DNA from: Epithemia pelagica
Lineage: Eukaryota; Protista; Bacillariophyta
Reading direction: 5' to 3'
Assembly (NCBI GenBank): GCA_946965045.2
Contig: OX337232.1
Span: 3,410,001-3,474,000, forward strand
DNA length: 64,000 bases
The position numbers and the translations under genes are program-made. The first letter of the stretch is position 1. Every line of letters starts with the position of its first letter. Below are positions 32,849 to 45,137 of this stretch, piece after piece. Below the pieces are notes generated by a model that ran no database searches, was not told where the DNA came from, and was given only the letters and a program-made list of their open reading frames with translations.

Positions 32849-33919
32849 CATTTTGTGAGGTTTGCGAGAACCATCCCGTGGGAGCACCGTGACAAAATAG
32901 AAGCACGACTCGTACTTCTGCAGTAATGTTGTACTAGAGAGGTACTGGATGTACTGTTAAATAGACCAAATAATGGGATTTGGGCTGTTCAAGAATATTA
33001 TAGCCTATTGTGGCCAGCAGCTACACGTAGTCCTTGCCGTTGAGCTTATTTACCGATAGCTCACAAGTCACAAGACTGAGAAGTTATGTAGTGTACACAA
33101 CATTACTCGTCGGGCTTAGCTAATGAGTGATAAGTAGGACATTACAAGACAACAATTTCATCTTGTGTGTGTCATGAGGCTTAATACCGGGTGCACCGTT
33201 TTTATTGCCCCGGTCTTTTGAACAAGAGACAATCGCCAAAACGACAAGGACTAGAGCTGTTTAGCTAGTACTAAGCTAAAATGCTGCCTTGTCTGCTAGC
33301 ATAGGGCGCGTGAGGTCATAGCCGACATAGTTTCGCGTGTTCCTGACGTGACGATGTGACAGATGACAAAATCTTCTTGCCTGAAAACGACGCGATAGCT
33401 ACCCTGGTCCCTGTAGCTAATCGATATTACCCGAGCTCTCTAAGAAAGGAGTAGTATATAGAGACAGTACTGCTCTGATTTCTAGGTAGTCAGTATTCTC
33501 TTGACTCTCGTGCTACTAAAAGGAATAGTCTAGCTAGCGGAGAATAGCCTTGAAGAGAGATGCACAGATGATGATGATGCTGGTGAGATGTTGGACAGCA
33601 CCAATCGGCTGGTATAGGATCTAGGATCTATCACTGCCAAAAGTACTTTGGTCACAAAAATTGTCAATCCTGACTGTTTCGGATCGACCAATAGTTGTTG
33701 AAGCTGACAGGTGCTGACTGGTGACACATTCAGGTTGAGGGGAGAATTGTGCCCCCTTCTTCTCAATAATGGAATTATTGTTATTGTTCACTGCACTAAG
33801 GGTGGCTACAAGCTGATAGGGATAACATGATATAATATGACTGACACTGACGTGTTCTAACTAGAGAGAGGTTGTTCCCGCACAATGCAGATCAATCATC
33901 ATCGATCCATGACCAATTA

Positions 33920-36900
33920 CTTGACGGGTCTATACATGAAGGCTTCTCTCAACATGCAGTGAAGAGGCGAGAACTACATTGATCAGTCCATCCCGTTGGC
34001 GTTCTGCATCAGATACTCGACCGAGTTGTACTTGCAGATGATTCTGTCAACTGGACGAATGGAACTAGAGCCATCAGACGCTACATACCAGCAACTACAA
34101 CGCGTTTCAACTCTAAGCTTCTTACCGACAACAGAAAATTGGTGTATTACAAGGAGCTACGATGTGACCTCCATGACAATGAGGTTCGATAATTTCGCAC
34201 CAGTGACAGGTTTTCCCATTCGCATGGTTATGATCTTTCGCCTATATCCAGGAAAATGTTACCCATCACAGACTTTTGAGCAAGCAAACCTAAATTTCTG
34301 TTTATGAATACGAAATGGTGAAACAAGACGCAGGATCCGCCATGCTCTATATTCACTTATGCAATTATCACGCAGAAACAACTGATATCCAAGAAACCCC
34401 ACAAGGCGTGGAAAGAACCCTCATTCAAGTTTTTTTGCTAGGTGCTGGAGTGTCCTCATCCCAGAAATCTTCCGCCTCACCACCACCAGTATCAATGGCA
34501 TCTGGAAGTGATCCCCCAACAGCCTGAGCATCGCTATTCACACTGCTCCCTGCAACCGCATTCATCATCTCCTCCACCACTTCCTTGCCCCGATCTTGCC
34601 ATTCTTGACGATTCTTGAGCGCATAATTCAAACATTCGTCACTCGAAACACCAAACACACCACATTTCTTGAGCTTCTTGGCCAGAGGGATAATGTAGAA
34701 GTCGAAAAAGCCAATTTCGCCTTGGTACCAATTCAAGGATGGATCCGTGTCGGCCCGTCCTTCTTGGTAGGCACGGTAGCATTCGTGGAAGAAATTCTCA
34801 TTCCACTTGCGGTAAATATGCCTAAGGCACAATCAAGTGTTATTGGGTAAGAATACATATCCAGAAAGTATAAAAGTAACACAGCATCACAACTCACCAG
34901 TGTTGCATTGTATGGGCGACGTCGGATGCCTGAATCAAGTGCTCAATGACAATGGTTGCCTTTCGGTTGACTGTAGCCAATGGGTCTTCCTCTCGATATT
35001 GATCCGAAAAGGCACTGTCCCATCGGGCATTACGAAGCACCTTGAGCTCCTTGTCAGCAATATCTGTGGCAAGCACAGCCTGAGAATTACAAACGAGCAC
35101 AACACGATTGAGGATTTCGATTGACACAGGACAATAAAGAGGGTCTTCCGGCAATTGTTCATCTTATACGTACCTGTACGACAAGTTGACGGAAGCGAGC
35201 AAACTCATCTTGCGTCGAGTAGATACATGCTCGTAAATCCTTATATTGATCGCTCTGCAACAGTTTCCAGGAGAGATCAATGGAGTTTTGTTCGGCCACA
35301 CTCTTTCCGCGATAGGCTGAAGCCAATGGGGCATTTTCTTCGATGAGTACAGTGTTGGGAACTCCGGTATGGTCCACATCGTGAATCAATGCCGCAAAGA
35401 CCAACGAGAACTGGGTCAACGGGTCTGAGGTGATACCATAAGTATGGTCATGAAGGGTCGACTCAATGGTATGCTCTTGCGCCGGCTCGGTCGCAAGGCC
35501 GCCGCTGTTACTGTCCCGTTTCTGAACGTATTCCAGGTCGGATGGCATGATAATGCGAGACAAGAGTTTGGTCACGGACATTGTCACATGACAGGCATGT
35601 TCAAAACTGTGAAAGTTGTTGTTCCGGTACAAGTTGGCAATCGAGGTGATAAAGGCACGTAGTTGGTTCACGACAGCGTCATCCAGTTCGACCATGAGCG
35701 GGTCATCTTGGTTTCTTGCCGCGTCGGCATCAAATTCTGGCAGCCAAATGATTTCCTTGACTTCGTCCAAACAAATCTTGCCAGGCTGCTGCGTCCACTC
35801 CAGATTCGTGTCGATAGAATCATTGGATGAATTCGGGTGCACTTGTTTCTCGGCATTGCGTCGTGCTAGAATTTGCTTCAAAAAGCGACTTAGGACATCG
35901 ACTTGCCAATCAATCAAACGCATCGTCTTATTGTCTGTCGAATCCAAAAAGGTCTCATTGGCAGAATCCGCAGCCGTGGACAAGTGGGCGTTGGATACAT
36001 CGTCTTTAATATGAAGCCAAAAGGTTTGCATTTGACCTTTACCCTTGGCCATGACCAGATCCTGACGTGCCTTGACCCAATGCTCCTTTCCTGCTGTTCT
36101 CAACAAGTCTGCGGTCTCCTTCGACATGTGAATGCGATTTCGTCGTCCGGTACTCTCAATGCGAGACTTGAATCAAAAAGTTAGTATTAAAGGCCGACCA
36201 GTTCACTTGAATGATAGAGTGGACTTACTGCAGTGTTGATGGTGTCTCCAAAGAGCTGAAATCGCGCACGTTCTCCCCTAAGCACTCCTGCCGTAACTGT
36301 CAAAACCAAGAGACATTCAACGTCAGCTAATGAGCGCAAATCTTTTTCAAGACAGTTAGAAATCCTTACCGCTTCCACTGTGAAGACCAATTCGCACACC
36401 CAGGTCACCCGTGTCGGGTCCCAATGTCATTTCCAAACGTTTGACCACCTCTTGAGTGGTCAACAATGCATCCATGGCAAATCGTGCCATGACCACAGCG
36501 TGATCCTTACGTTTCTCGGGGAGTCCAGCCACAGCCACATAACAATCACCCACTGTTTCGACCTTGAAGACACGACGCTTTTTTGCCAAACGGTCAAGGG
36601 CGGAAAAGACATTCTCTAGCAAGGTAAAGACTTGTGTCGGTTCCCGCATGGACGACCAAGCGGTAAAGTCGGTAATGTCGGCAAACATTATGGTCGTCTC
36701 CAAAAAGAGATCAGCAATCGGTGCGTTCTTGCTACCTGCCTCGTCATCCATAGATCCACCATCCAAAAAGTTTTGCAGCTTGCCCATGTGCGACGACATG
36801 TGGTGACGTTTTTTATTTGGTGTTGCAGGTTGATCCAAGAGACGGTCTCGAATATTGGTTGGAAACAGTGACGAGACCAGGGCATTCGATTTGGCCGCAT

Positions 36901-38758
36901 TGGCCACCACCTTGGTGTTGCGTTTGTGCTGGAACAAATCGTAGGCCAAGAAGGCGGCCACCATGGAGAGAAAGACCGCACCGACAACAATCGTCGAGTA
37001 GATGGGACTTGATGTCTTATGGTCATCCTCAAACACAGAAGATGGATATATGCTGATTGTGTAGATGCACGCACCTGCTTCTCTGGCCATTTGCAAGTCT
37101 TCATAAGTGTTAAAGTCAGCGGAGAGCTTGTAGGACTGGTACTTATCGTCGTGGTGATCGCCGATCCCAATGTATCGAGAAGTCTTCCCCTCGATCTCCC
37201 AAGTGACCGTCTCGATCTCCCAAGTGACCTTATCGCGGCATGTGTTTTCAAGAACAAGATAGACTCCCTTCACATTGTCTGGAAGAATGTCAGAGAAGTA
37301 AACGTCCCATCTCAATACAATGAGAAGTTGACCCACCAATTTCTTTGTCTGATTCGCGAACCCATCGTAGAGGGGCTGGTAGTAGAACGACTGCGGTTGA
37401 GTTGCAGATTGATGTCGCAACGAGCCTGAACCGAACAACAAGTCCACGAATGAGCTGGTTGCAAGATCACCCACCACCCCTTCTGCCAGACTCTCCATTA
37501 CTTTGAAAACGTTACGATTCTGTCTCAAGGAAAATGTGTCAAAGTTGACGAGTGAAGTCTTCGGAAGCGGGTCGGATTGCCACACTGGGAGGAAAGGGCC
37601 ATCCTGGTATAGTTCGTACACAACTGGCTCTTTGATCCCAAGCTTCCATATGTCTGGTACGAACTTCTCCCCGGTGTACCAACCAGAATTGTCAAGTTGA
37701 TACTGCGTCCAGTTCTGTCGTTGACTGTTTTGAACCAAGGGAAGCAATACAAAGCCAACCGAACTTGTCTGTCGACGAAGATTCTGAGCGTGAATGTGAA
37801 AATCAGGGATCGTCACATAGGGCCAGTCTGTATCTCCCTGTCCCACAAACGATGTGATCTGGTCGGCAAAATCCTTGCAACTAGTACGGATAGTTGACGC
37901 GCTAAAAGTTGATGACTCCAAGAGTGTGGATGCAACTTGTTGGAACTGGAGGAAGTGATTGTGAGACTATCGAATTCAAACAAAAGCGAACAATGAATGC
38001 TTCTCCCTCGAAGAACGTACCGCATGCTCGAAATCATCTTCTTCTTGATTCGAGAGGAAGATGTAGGTTGCCGTGGTCACAACTCCTCCAACCAATAACA
38101 TGGCAAAAATGACTACCCACCTCCAGGTGCGAACTATTTTGGTTTCATCCTTGATGATCTTCTTGATCTCCTCAACTTCATCACGTGAAGTAGATGTTGC
38201 GGAAAGGCGATTTGTTTCGTCCTCCTCGTCTTCCTCATCATCTTCATTGGCCGCCTTCACCAAATGTTCTTCTCCCAAAGGATTGTCATCCGCAACTGTC
38301 ATGGTCGTAATGTCGTTGGAGTGCTCCGTTTTCTGTTTGCACAGTTTGCACATGTGCAATTGACAGGAGTGTGTGCAATACAAGCAAGGCGAAGGCAGAA
38401 GGCAACTAATACGGGGGGCGAAATTAAACGTGACCAAAGGTTTACAGGGGGATGTTCCACTGCTGTTGATTGTGTAGGGCGTGCTGTTAGGTTTCTGGTA
38501 TCTCCTTTCTCCAGAACCTGTTGTGTCAATGTTGGGGAAGATCTTGCTTCGTGGTCGCGTGTGGACGCGTGTAGACGCGTGTGGATTGTGGATTGGTGTG
38601 TACTGTTGGATCACTAGATTGGCCCTGACGGTCTCCTCTGTGCACAGAAGTAAGGTAATCGTAGAAGTAATGCAAAAGGGTTCCGAAACTGAGTGATTTA
38701 GAAAGAGTGAGCATTACGACTAGGATTGAGAGAATGTTGATATTGCTTTGGACTTCGG
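33920..38758. repeat. Segmental duplication, copy 1 (paired with 39637-44453)
   Basis: Near-identical sequence including flanks and introns, except for a ~1 kb divergent internal tract (35054-36077 vs 40771-41759). Confidence 0.9.
34425..38302 (-). CDS. Receptor cyclase-phosphodiesterase fusion, copy B (6 exons)
   Basis: Same domain order, motifs and intron positions as copy A; ATG at MTVADDNP. Confidence 0.88.
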
Positions 38759-39394
38759 TACTTGATCCTCACTTTTCCTCACATCGCACTCCTCGTCGTT
38801 CCTGACTCTCTTTCACATCGATAAACATTAAAATTAAGTACTTTACCAACACTGGGGGTATAGGCCCCCCAACCATCAATCCCGTTTAGGGAGGGATCCG
38901 AAATCGCGCCGCGGTGCCAGAACTTCAGATTCTGAACACTACGCGTCTGCTGTGGGCGAGCGTGTGTACGAAAAGTGAGCCCTTCTCCACATTAACTCAC
39001 AAGTGAGTCTGTACTCTCGAAATCTCTTCGCAGTAGTACAGTAGTCAGCTGCCGTGGAGTGCCACCCCCAAGCAACCAACTCGGAGAAGAACCCCCTCAA
39101 CTTCCACAGTGAGGCTGACAGACAATAAGCGACCAAGGCTTGCACCACTAGGTAGTACATCCGTATCTTCTCGGGAGGGCGGGTGGGCGAAAGAAGAATG
39201 TAAAGAACCGAAGGGTGATCAGATCCAACGATGACCTTCACAAATCTTCTTTCCAACAATTTATGATTGTTGAAAGTTTGTTGGGACAGTCATCTCGAAG
39301 ACTGTCCCAACAGACTCTCTTCTTCCAGGAACTCCTTTGGGTGCGATGACTCGATCAGCGTTCGTCCGTCAGTCCCTTCTTGACCGGGGCGGTA

Positions 39395-39640
39395 CTATGC
39401 GGTACTATTGCTTGTACTGTTCCCCACAATCGAATTCATCATCTCCTCGACTACTTCCTTGCCCCGATCTTGCCATTCTTGACGATTCTTGAGAGCATAA
39501 TTCAAACATTCGTCACTCGAAACACCAAAGACACCACACTTTTTCAACTTTTTGGCCAGAGGGACAATGTAGAAGTCGAAAAAGCCAATTTCGCCTTCGT
39601 ACCAATTCAAGGATGGATCTGTATCAGCGCTTCCTTCTTG
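39395..39640 (-). pseudogene. Orphan 3' fragment (last-exon part) of another cyclase-PDE paralog
   Basis: ADTDPSLNWYEGEIGFFDFYIV...NSTSNSTA*; cut upstream at the duplication junction (~39637). Confidence 0.85.
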
Positions 39641-42600
39641 ACGGGTCTATACATGAAGGCTTCTCTCAACATGCAGTGAAGAGGCGAGAACTACATTGAT
39701 CAGTCCATCCCGTTGGCGTTCTGCATCAGATACTCGACCGAGTTGTACTTGCAGATGATTCTGTCAACTGGACGAATGGAACTAGAGCCATCAGACGCTA
39801 CATACCAGCAACTACAACGCGTTTCAACTCTAAGCTTCTTACCGACAACAGAAAATTGGTGTATTACAAGGAGCTACGATGTGACCTCCATGACAATGAG
39901 GTTCGATAATTTCGCACCAGTGACAGGTTTTCCCATTCGCATGGTTATGATCTTTCGCCTATATCCAGGAAAATGTTACCCATCACAGACTTTTGAGCAA
40001 GCAAACCTAAATTTCTGTTTATGAATACGAAATGGTGAAACAAGACGCAGGATCCGCCATGCTCTATATTCACTTATGCAATTATCACGCAGAAACAACT
40101 GATATCCAAGAAACCTCACAAGGCGTGGAAAGAACCCTCATTCAAGTTTTTTTGCTAGGTGCTGGAGTGTCCTCATCCCAGAAATCTTCCGCCTCACCAC
40201 CACCAGTATCAATGGCATCTGGAAGTGATCCCCCAACAGCCTGAGCATCGCTATTCACACTGCTCCCTGCAACCGCATTCATCATCTCCTCCACCACTTC
40301 CTTGCCCCGATCTTGCCATTCTTGACGATTCTTGAGCGCATAATTCAAACATTCGTCACTCGAAACACCAAACACACCACATTTCTTGAGCTTCTTGGCC
40401 AGAGGGATAATGTAGAAGTCGAAAAAGCCAATTTCGCCTTGGTACCAATTCAAGGATGGATCCGTGTCGGCCCGTCCTTCTTGGTAGGCACGGTAGCATT
40501 CGTGGAAGAAATTCTCATTCCACTTGCGGTAAATATGCCTAAGGCACAATCAAGTGTTATTGGGTAAGAATACATATCCAGAAAGTATAAAAGTAACACA
40601 GCATCACAACTCACCAGTGTTGCATTGTATGGGCGACGTCGGATGCCTGAATCAAGTGCTCAATGACAATGGTTGCCTTTCGGTTGACTGTAGCCAATGG
40701 GTCTTCCTCTCGATATTGATCCGAAAAGGCACTGTCCCATCGGGCATTACGAAGCACCTTGAGCTCCTTGTCGGCGATATCTGTCGCAAGAACGGCCTAA
40801 TTCGAAAGAAAACAGAGCAAAGCAAGTGAGGTACACTGTCCGAGGAGCAAATTTCCAGTAACGTTTGCTCGGCTTACCTGGACGACCAGCTGACGGAAAC
40901 GAGCAAACTCATCTGCAGTGCAGTAGATGCATGCGCGCAAGTCATTAAACTTCTCGGACTGTAACAAAGTCCACGAAAGATCAATGGAGTTTTGTTCGGC
41001 CACACTCTTCCCGCGATAGACCGTAGCCAATGTTGTGTTCTCTTCGATCAGAACAGTATTGGGAACTCCAGTATGATCAACATCGTGAATCAATGCCGCA
41101 AACACCAATGAAAACTGCGTCAAGGGATCTGAAGTGATACCGTATGTATGATCGTGGAGCGTGGAATCAATAGTGTAATTTGGTGTTCGCTCATCGCTCG
41201 GTACGTCAGTATCCTTTGTCTGTATATAATCAAGGTCCGACGGCATCACAATTCTTGATAGCAGCTTCGTCACCGACATGGTCACATGACAGGCATGTTC
41301 GAAACCGTGGAAATGATTGGCTCGGTAAAGATTTGCAACTGCTGTGATGAATTCTCGAAGTTGACGGGTGACATTGGCACTGAGTTCAATCGTGTATGGA
41401 TCTTCTTGGTTTCGTGTTGCTTCGGCATCAAATTCTGGCAGCCAAATGATTTCTTGTACTTCATCCAAGCAAATCTTGCCAGGCTTGGGCTTCCATTGCA
41501 GCGCTTTTTGAGTTACACTCGACGTACTGGACCACTTGTCCTTTCGACGGGCTACAATCTGCTTCAAGAAACGAGAAAGGACATCCACCTGCCAGTCAAT
41601 CAAGCGTTTGGTCTTCCCATTCGTTGTATTGGGCGAGTGTTTTGATCCTTGACCCTTGGTTGGCAAAGGAGTTTCATTTTCATCACGATTTGCGTCCAGC
41701 CAGAATGTTTGCATTTCTCCCTTCCCCTTTGCTTTGATCACATCATGACGAACTTTGATCCAATGCTCCTTTCCTGCTGTTCTCAACAAGTCTGCGGTCT
41801 CCTTCGACATGTGAATGCGATTTCGTCGTCCGGTACTCTCAATGCGAGACTTGAATCAAAAAGTTAGTATTAAAGGCCGACCAGTTCACTTGAATGATAG
41901 AGTGGACTTACTGCAGTGTTGATGGTGTCTCCAAAGAGCTGAAATCGCGCACGTTCTCCCCTAAGCACTCCTGCCGTAACTGTCAAAACCAAGAGACATT
42001 CAACGTCAGCTAATGAGCGCAAATCTTTTTCAAGACAGTTAGAAATCCTTACCGCTTCCACTGTGAAGACCAATTCGCACACCCAGGTCACCCGTGTCGG
42101 GTCCCAATGTCATTTCCAAACGTTTGACCACCTCTTGAGTGGTCAACAATGCATCCATGGCAAATCGTGCCATGACCACAGCGTGATCCTTACGTTTCTC
42201 GGGGAGTCCAGCCACAGCCACATAACAATCACCCACTGTTTCGACCTTGAAGACACGACGCTTTTTTGCCAAACGGTCAAGGGCGGAAAAGACATTCTCT
42301 AGCAAGGTAAAGACTTGTGTCGGTTCCCGCATGGACGACCAAGCGGTAAAGTCGGTAATGTCGGCAAACATTATGGTCGTCTCCAAAAAGAGATCAGCAA
42401 TCGGTGCGTTCTTGCTACCTGCCTCGTCATCCATAGATCCACCATCCAAAAAGTTTTGCAGCTTGCCCATGTGCGACGACATGTGGTGACGTTTTTTATT
42501 TGGTGTTGCAGGTTGATCCAAGAGACGGTCTCGAATATTGGTTGGAAACAGTGACGAGACCAGGGCATTCGATTTGGCAGCATTGGCCACCACCTTGGTG

Positions 42601-44453
42601 TTGCGTTTGTGCTGGAACAAATCGTAGGCTAAGAAGGCGGCCACCATGGAGAGAAAGACCGCACCGACAACAATCGTCGAGTAGATGGGACTTGATGTCT
42701 TATGGTCATCCTCAAACACAGAAGAGGGATATATGCTGATTGTGTAGATGCACGCACCTGCTTCTCTGGCCATTTGCAAGTCTTCATAAGTGTTAAAGTC
42801 AGCGGAGAGCTTGTAGGACTGGTACTTATCGTCGTGGTGATCGCCGATCCCGATGTATCGAGAAGTCTTCCCCTCGATCTCCCAAGTGGCCGTCTCGATC
42901 TCCCAAGTGACCTTATCGCGGCATGTGTTTTCAAGAACAAGATAGACTCCCTTCACATTGTCTGGAAGAATGTCAGAGAAGTAAACGTCCCATCTCAATA
43001 CAATGAGAAGTTGACCCACCAATTTCTTTGTCTGATTCGCGAACCCATCGTAGAGGGGCTGGTAGTAGAACGACTGCGGTTGAGTTGCAGATTGATGTCG
43101 CAACGAGCCTGAACCGAACAACAAGTCCACGAATGAGCTGGTTGCAAGATCACCCACCACCCCTTCTGCCAGACTCTCCATTACTTTGAAAACGTTACGA
43201 TTCTGTCTCAAGGAAAATGTGTCAAAGTTGACGAGTGAAGTCTTCGGAAGCGGGTCGGATTGCCACACTGGGAGGAAAGGGCCATCCTGGTAAAGTTCGT
43301 ACACAACTGGCTCTTTGATCCCAAGCTTCCATATGTCTGGTACGAACTTCTCCCCGGTGTACCAACCAGAATTGTCAAGTTGATACTGCGTCCAGTTCTG
43401 TCGTTGACTGTTTTGAACCAAGGGAAGCAATACAAAGCCAACCGAACTTGTCTGTCGACGAAGATTCTGAGCGTGAATGTGAAAATCAGGGATCGTCACA
43501 TAGGGCCAGTCTGTATCTCCCTGTCCCACAAACGATGTGATCTGGTCGGCAAAATCCTTGCAACTAGTACGGATAGTTGACGCGCTAAAAGTTGATGACT
43601 CCAAGAGTGTGGATGCAACTTGTTGGAACTGGAGGAAGTGATTGTGAGACTATCGAATTCAAACAAAAGCGAACAATGAATGCTTCTCCCTCGAAGAACG
43701 TACCGCATTCTCGAAATCATCTTCTTCTTGATTCGAGAGGAAGATGTAGGTTGCCGTTGTCACAACTCCTCCAACCAACAACATGGCAAAAATGACTACC
43801 CACCTCCAGGTGCGAACTATTTTGGTTTCATCCTTGATGATCTTCTTGATCTCCTCAACTTCATCACGTGAAGTAGATGTTGCGGAAAGGCGATTTGTTT
43901 CGTCCTCCTCGTCTTCCTCATCATCTTCATTGGCCGCCTTCACCAAATGTTCTTCTCCCAAAGGATTGTCATCCGCAACTGTCATGGTCGTAATGTCGTT
44001 GGAGTGCTCCGTTTTCTGTTTGCACAGTTTGCACTTGTGCAATTGACAGGAGTGTGTGCAATACAAGCAAGGCGAAGGCAGAAGGCAACTAATACGGGGA
44101 GCGAAATTAAACGTGACCAAAGGTTTACAGGGGGATGTTCCACTGCTGTTGATTGTGTAGGGCGTGCTGTTAGGTTTCTGGTATCTCCTTTCTCCAGAAC
44201 CTGTTGTGTCAATGTTGGGGAAGATCTTGCTTCGTGGTCGCATGTGGACGCGTGTAGACGCGTGTGGATTGTGGATTGGTGTGTACTGTTGGATCACTAC
44301 AATAGATTGGCCCTGACGGTCTCCTGTCTCCTCTGTGCACAGAAGTAAGGTAATCGTAGAAGTAATGCAAAAGGGTTCCGAAACTGAGTGATTTAGAAAG
44401 AGTGAGCATTACGACTAGGATTGAGAGAATGTTGATATTGCTTTGGACTTCGG
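39637..44453. repeat. Segmental duplication, copy 2
   Basis: See 33920-38758. Confidence 0.9.
40142..43985 (-). CDS. Receptor cyclase-phosphodiesterase fusion, copy C (6 exons)
   Basis: Near-identical to copy B except for most of exon 4, intron 4 and the start of exon 5; splice sites are intact. Confidence 0.88.
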
Positions 44454-45137
44454 AGGATATGGTATACAGGCCATTTTAAATGGCCCTTTTCTTTTTCATT
44501 CTGTAGCTCTCTAGCGCTTGACGAAGTCGAGCATGATCTGCTGTTTCTAGAAAACGCTAGAGAACTTTGCTGTGTACACCCTCCGTAGATTACCTATTTG
44601 TTGCTCATGAGACTATCGCATCCGCTTGACTTGGTCAAGCAGTTCGCATCTCCTTTGAATGATGGATGATGGACAGTCTGCTGCGAGATGCGAGACAAAG
44701 CGAATCTTCTATGTGTCTTGGAAAAGTTCAACGAAGCCATTCCTTCTGCTCGATGGGCAAGCCCAAGAACCAAGAAGATAGTCGCTGAAAAATAAAACTA
44801 TTAAGCCCCAAGACCAAAGATATTTCAAATTTTGAACTTATTCCAAATAATGACCGTCTCTCATATTTTCAAAAATCAAAAGAAAAAGAAGTAAATCCAA
44901 AGATTGCAACGAAACACCCTCGATACACGACAGGATGATACATGCGGCACAAATGGTCCAAAACCACAGCTCGACAGAATATCAAACATCAGATGCTTCT
45001 CCTTTTGGATCTGCTGACTCTTTGTCTACCGCGACAGCAAAGACTAGATCGGGAGCAAGTATAGAGCAATGGTATTATATAAATGGATAGTTCTTTCCCC
45101 CACATCTCGTCACCATCTTGCATTAGTCTATTCAACA

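Larger units (their letters stand above)
31607..33343. mobile_element. Foldback-like element: ~700 bp inverted arms (31607-32305, 32643-33343) around a 337 bp spacer
   Basis: Arms are reverse complements (GGAACACGCGAAACTATG...) with a few indels; no TSD or coding capacity found. Confidence 0.7.

Noticed and set aside
32037-32926. Regular short repeats resembling a CRISPR array, and several overlapping ORFs (ADKTT/VVLSAC repeats)
   Set aside because: There are no unique spacers and no cas genes; the ORFs are by-products of a stop-free minisatellite within foldback arms.
33996-34307. 103 aa ORF repeated at 39713-40024
   Set aside because: Identity is explained by the segmental duplication; no recognisable motif; lies in the 3' flank of the cyclase-PDE gene.
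37976-38614. 212 aa ORF suggesting a long N-terminal extension of copies B/C
   Set aside because: The extension has no counterpart in A, D or E, and one upstream ATG (38353) is lost in C. It is treated as UTR/promoter; the 3' end of the ORF runs into intron 1.
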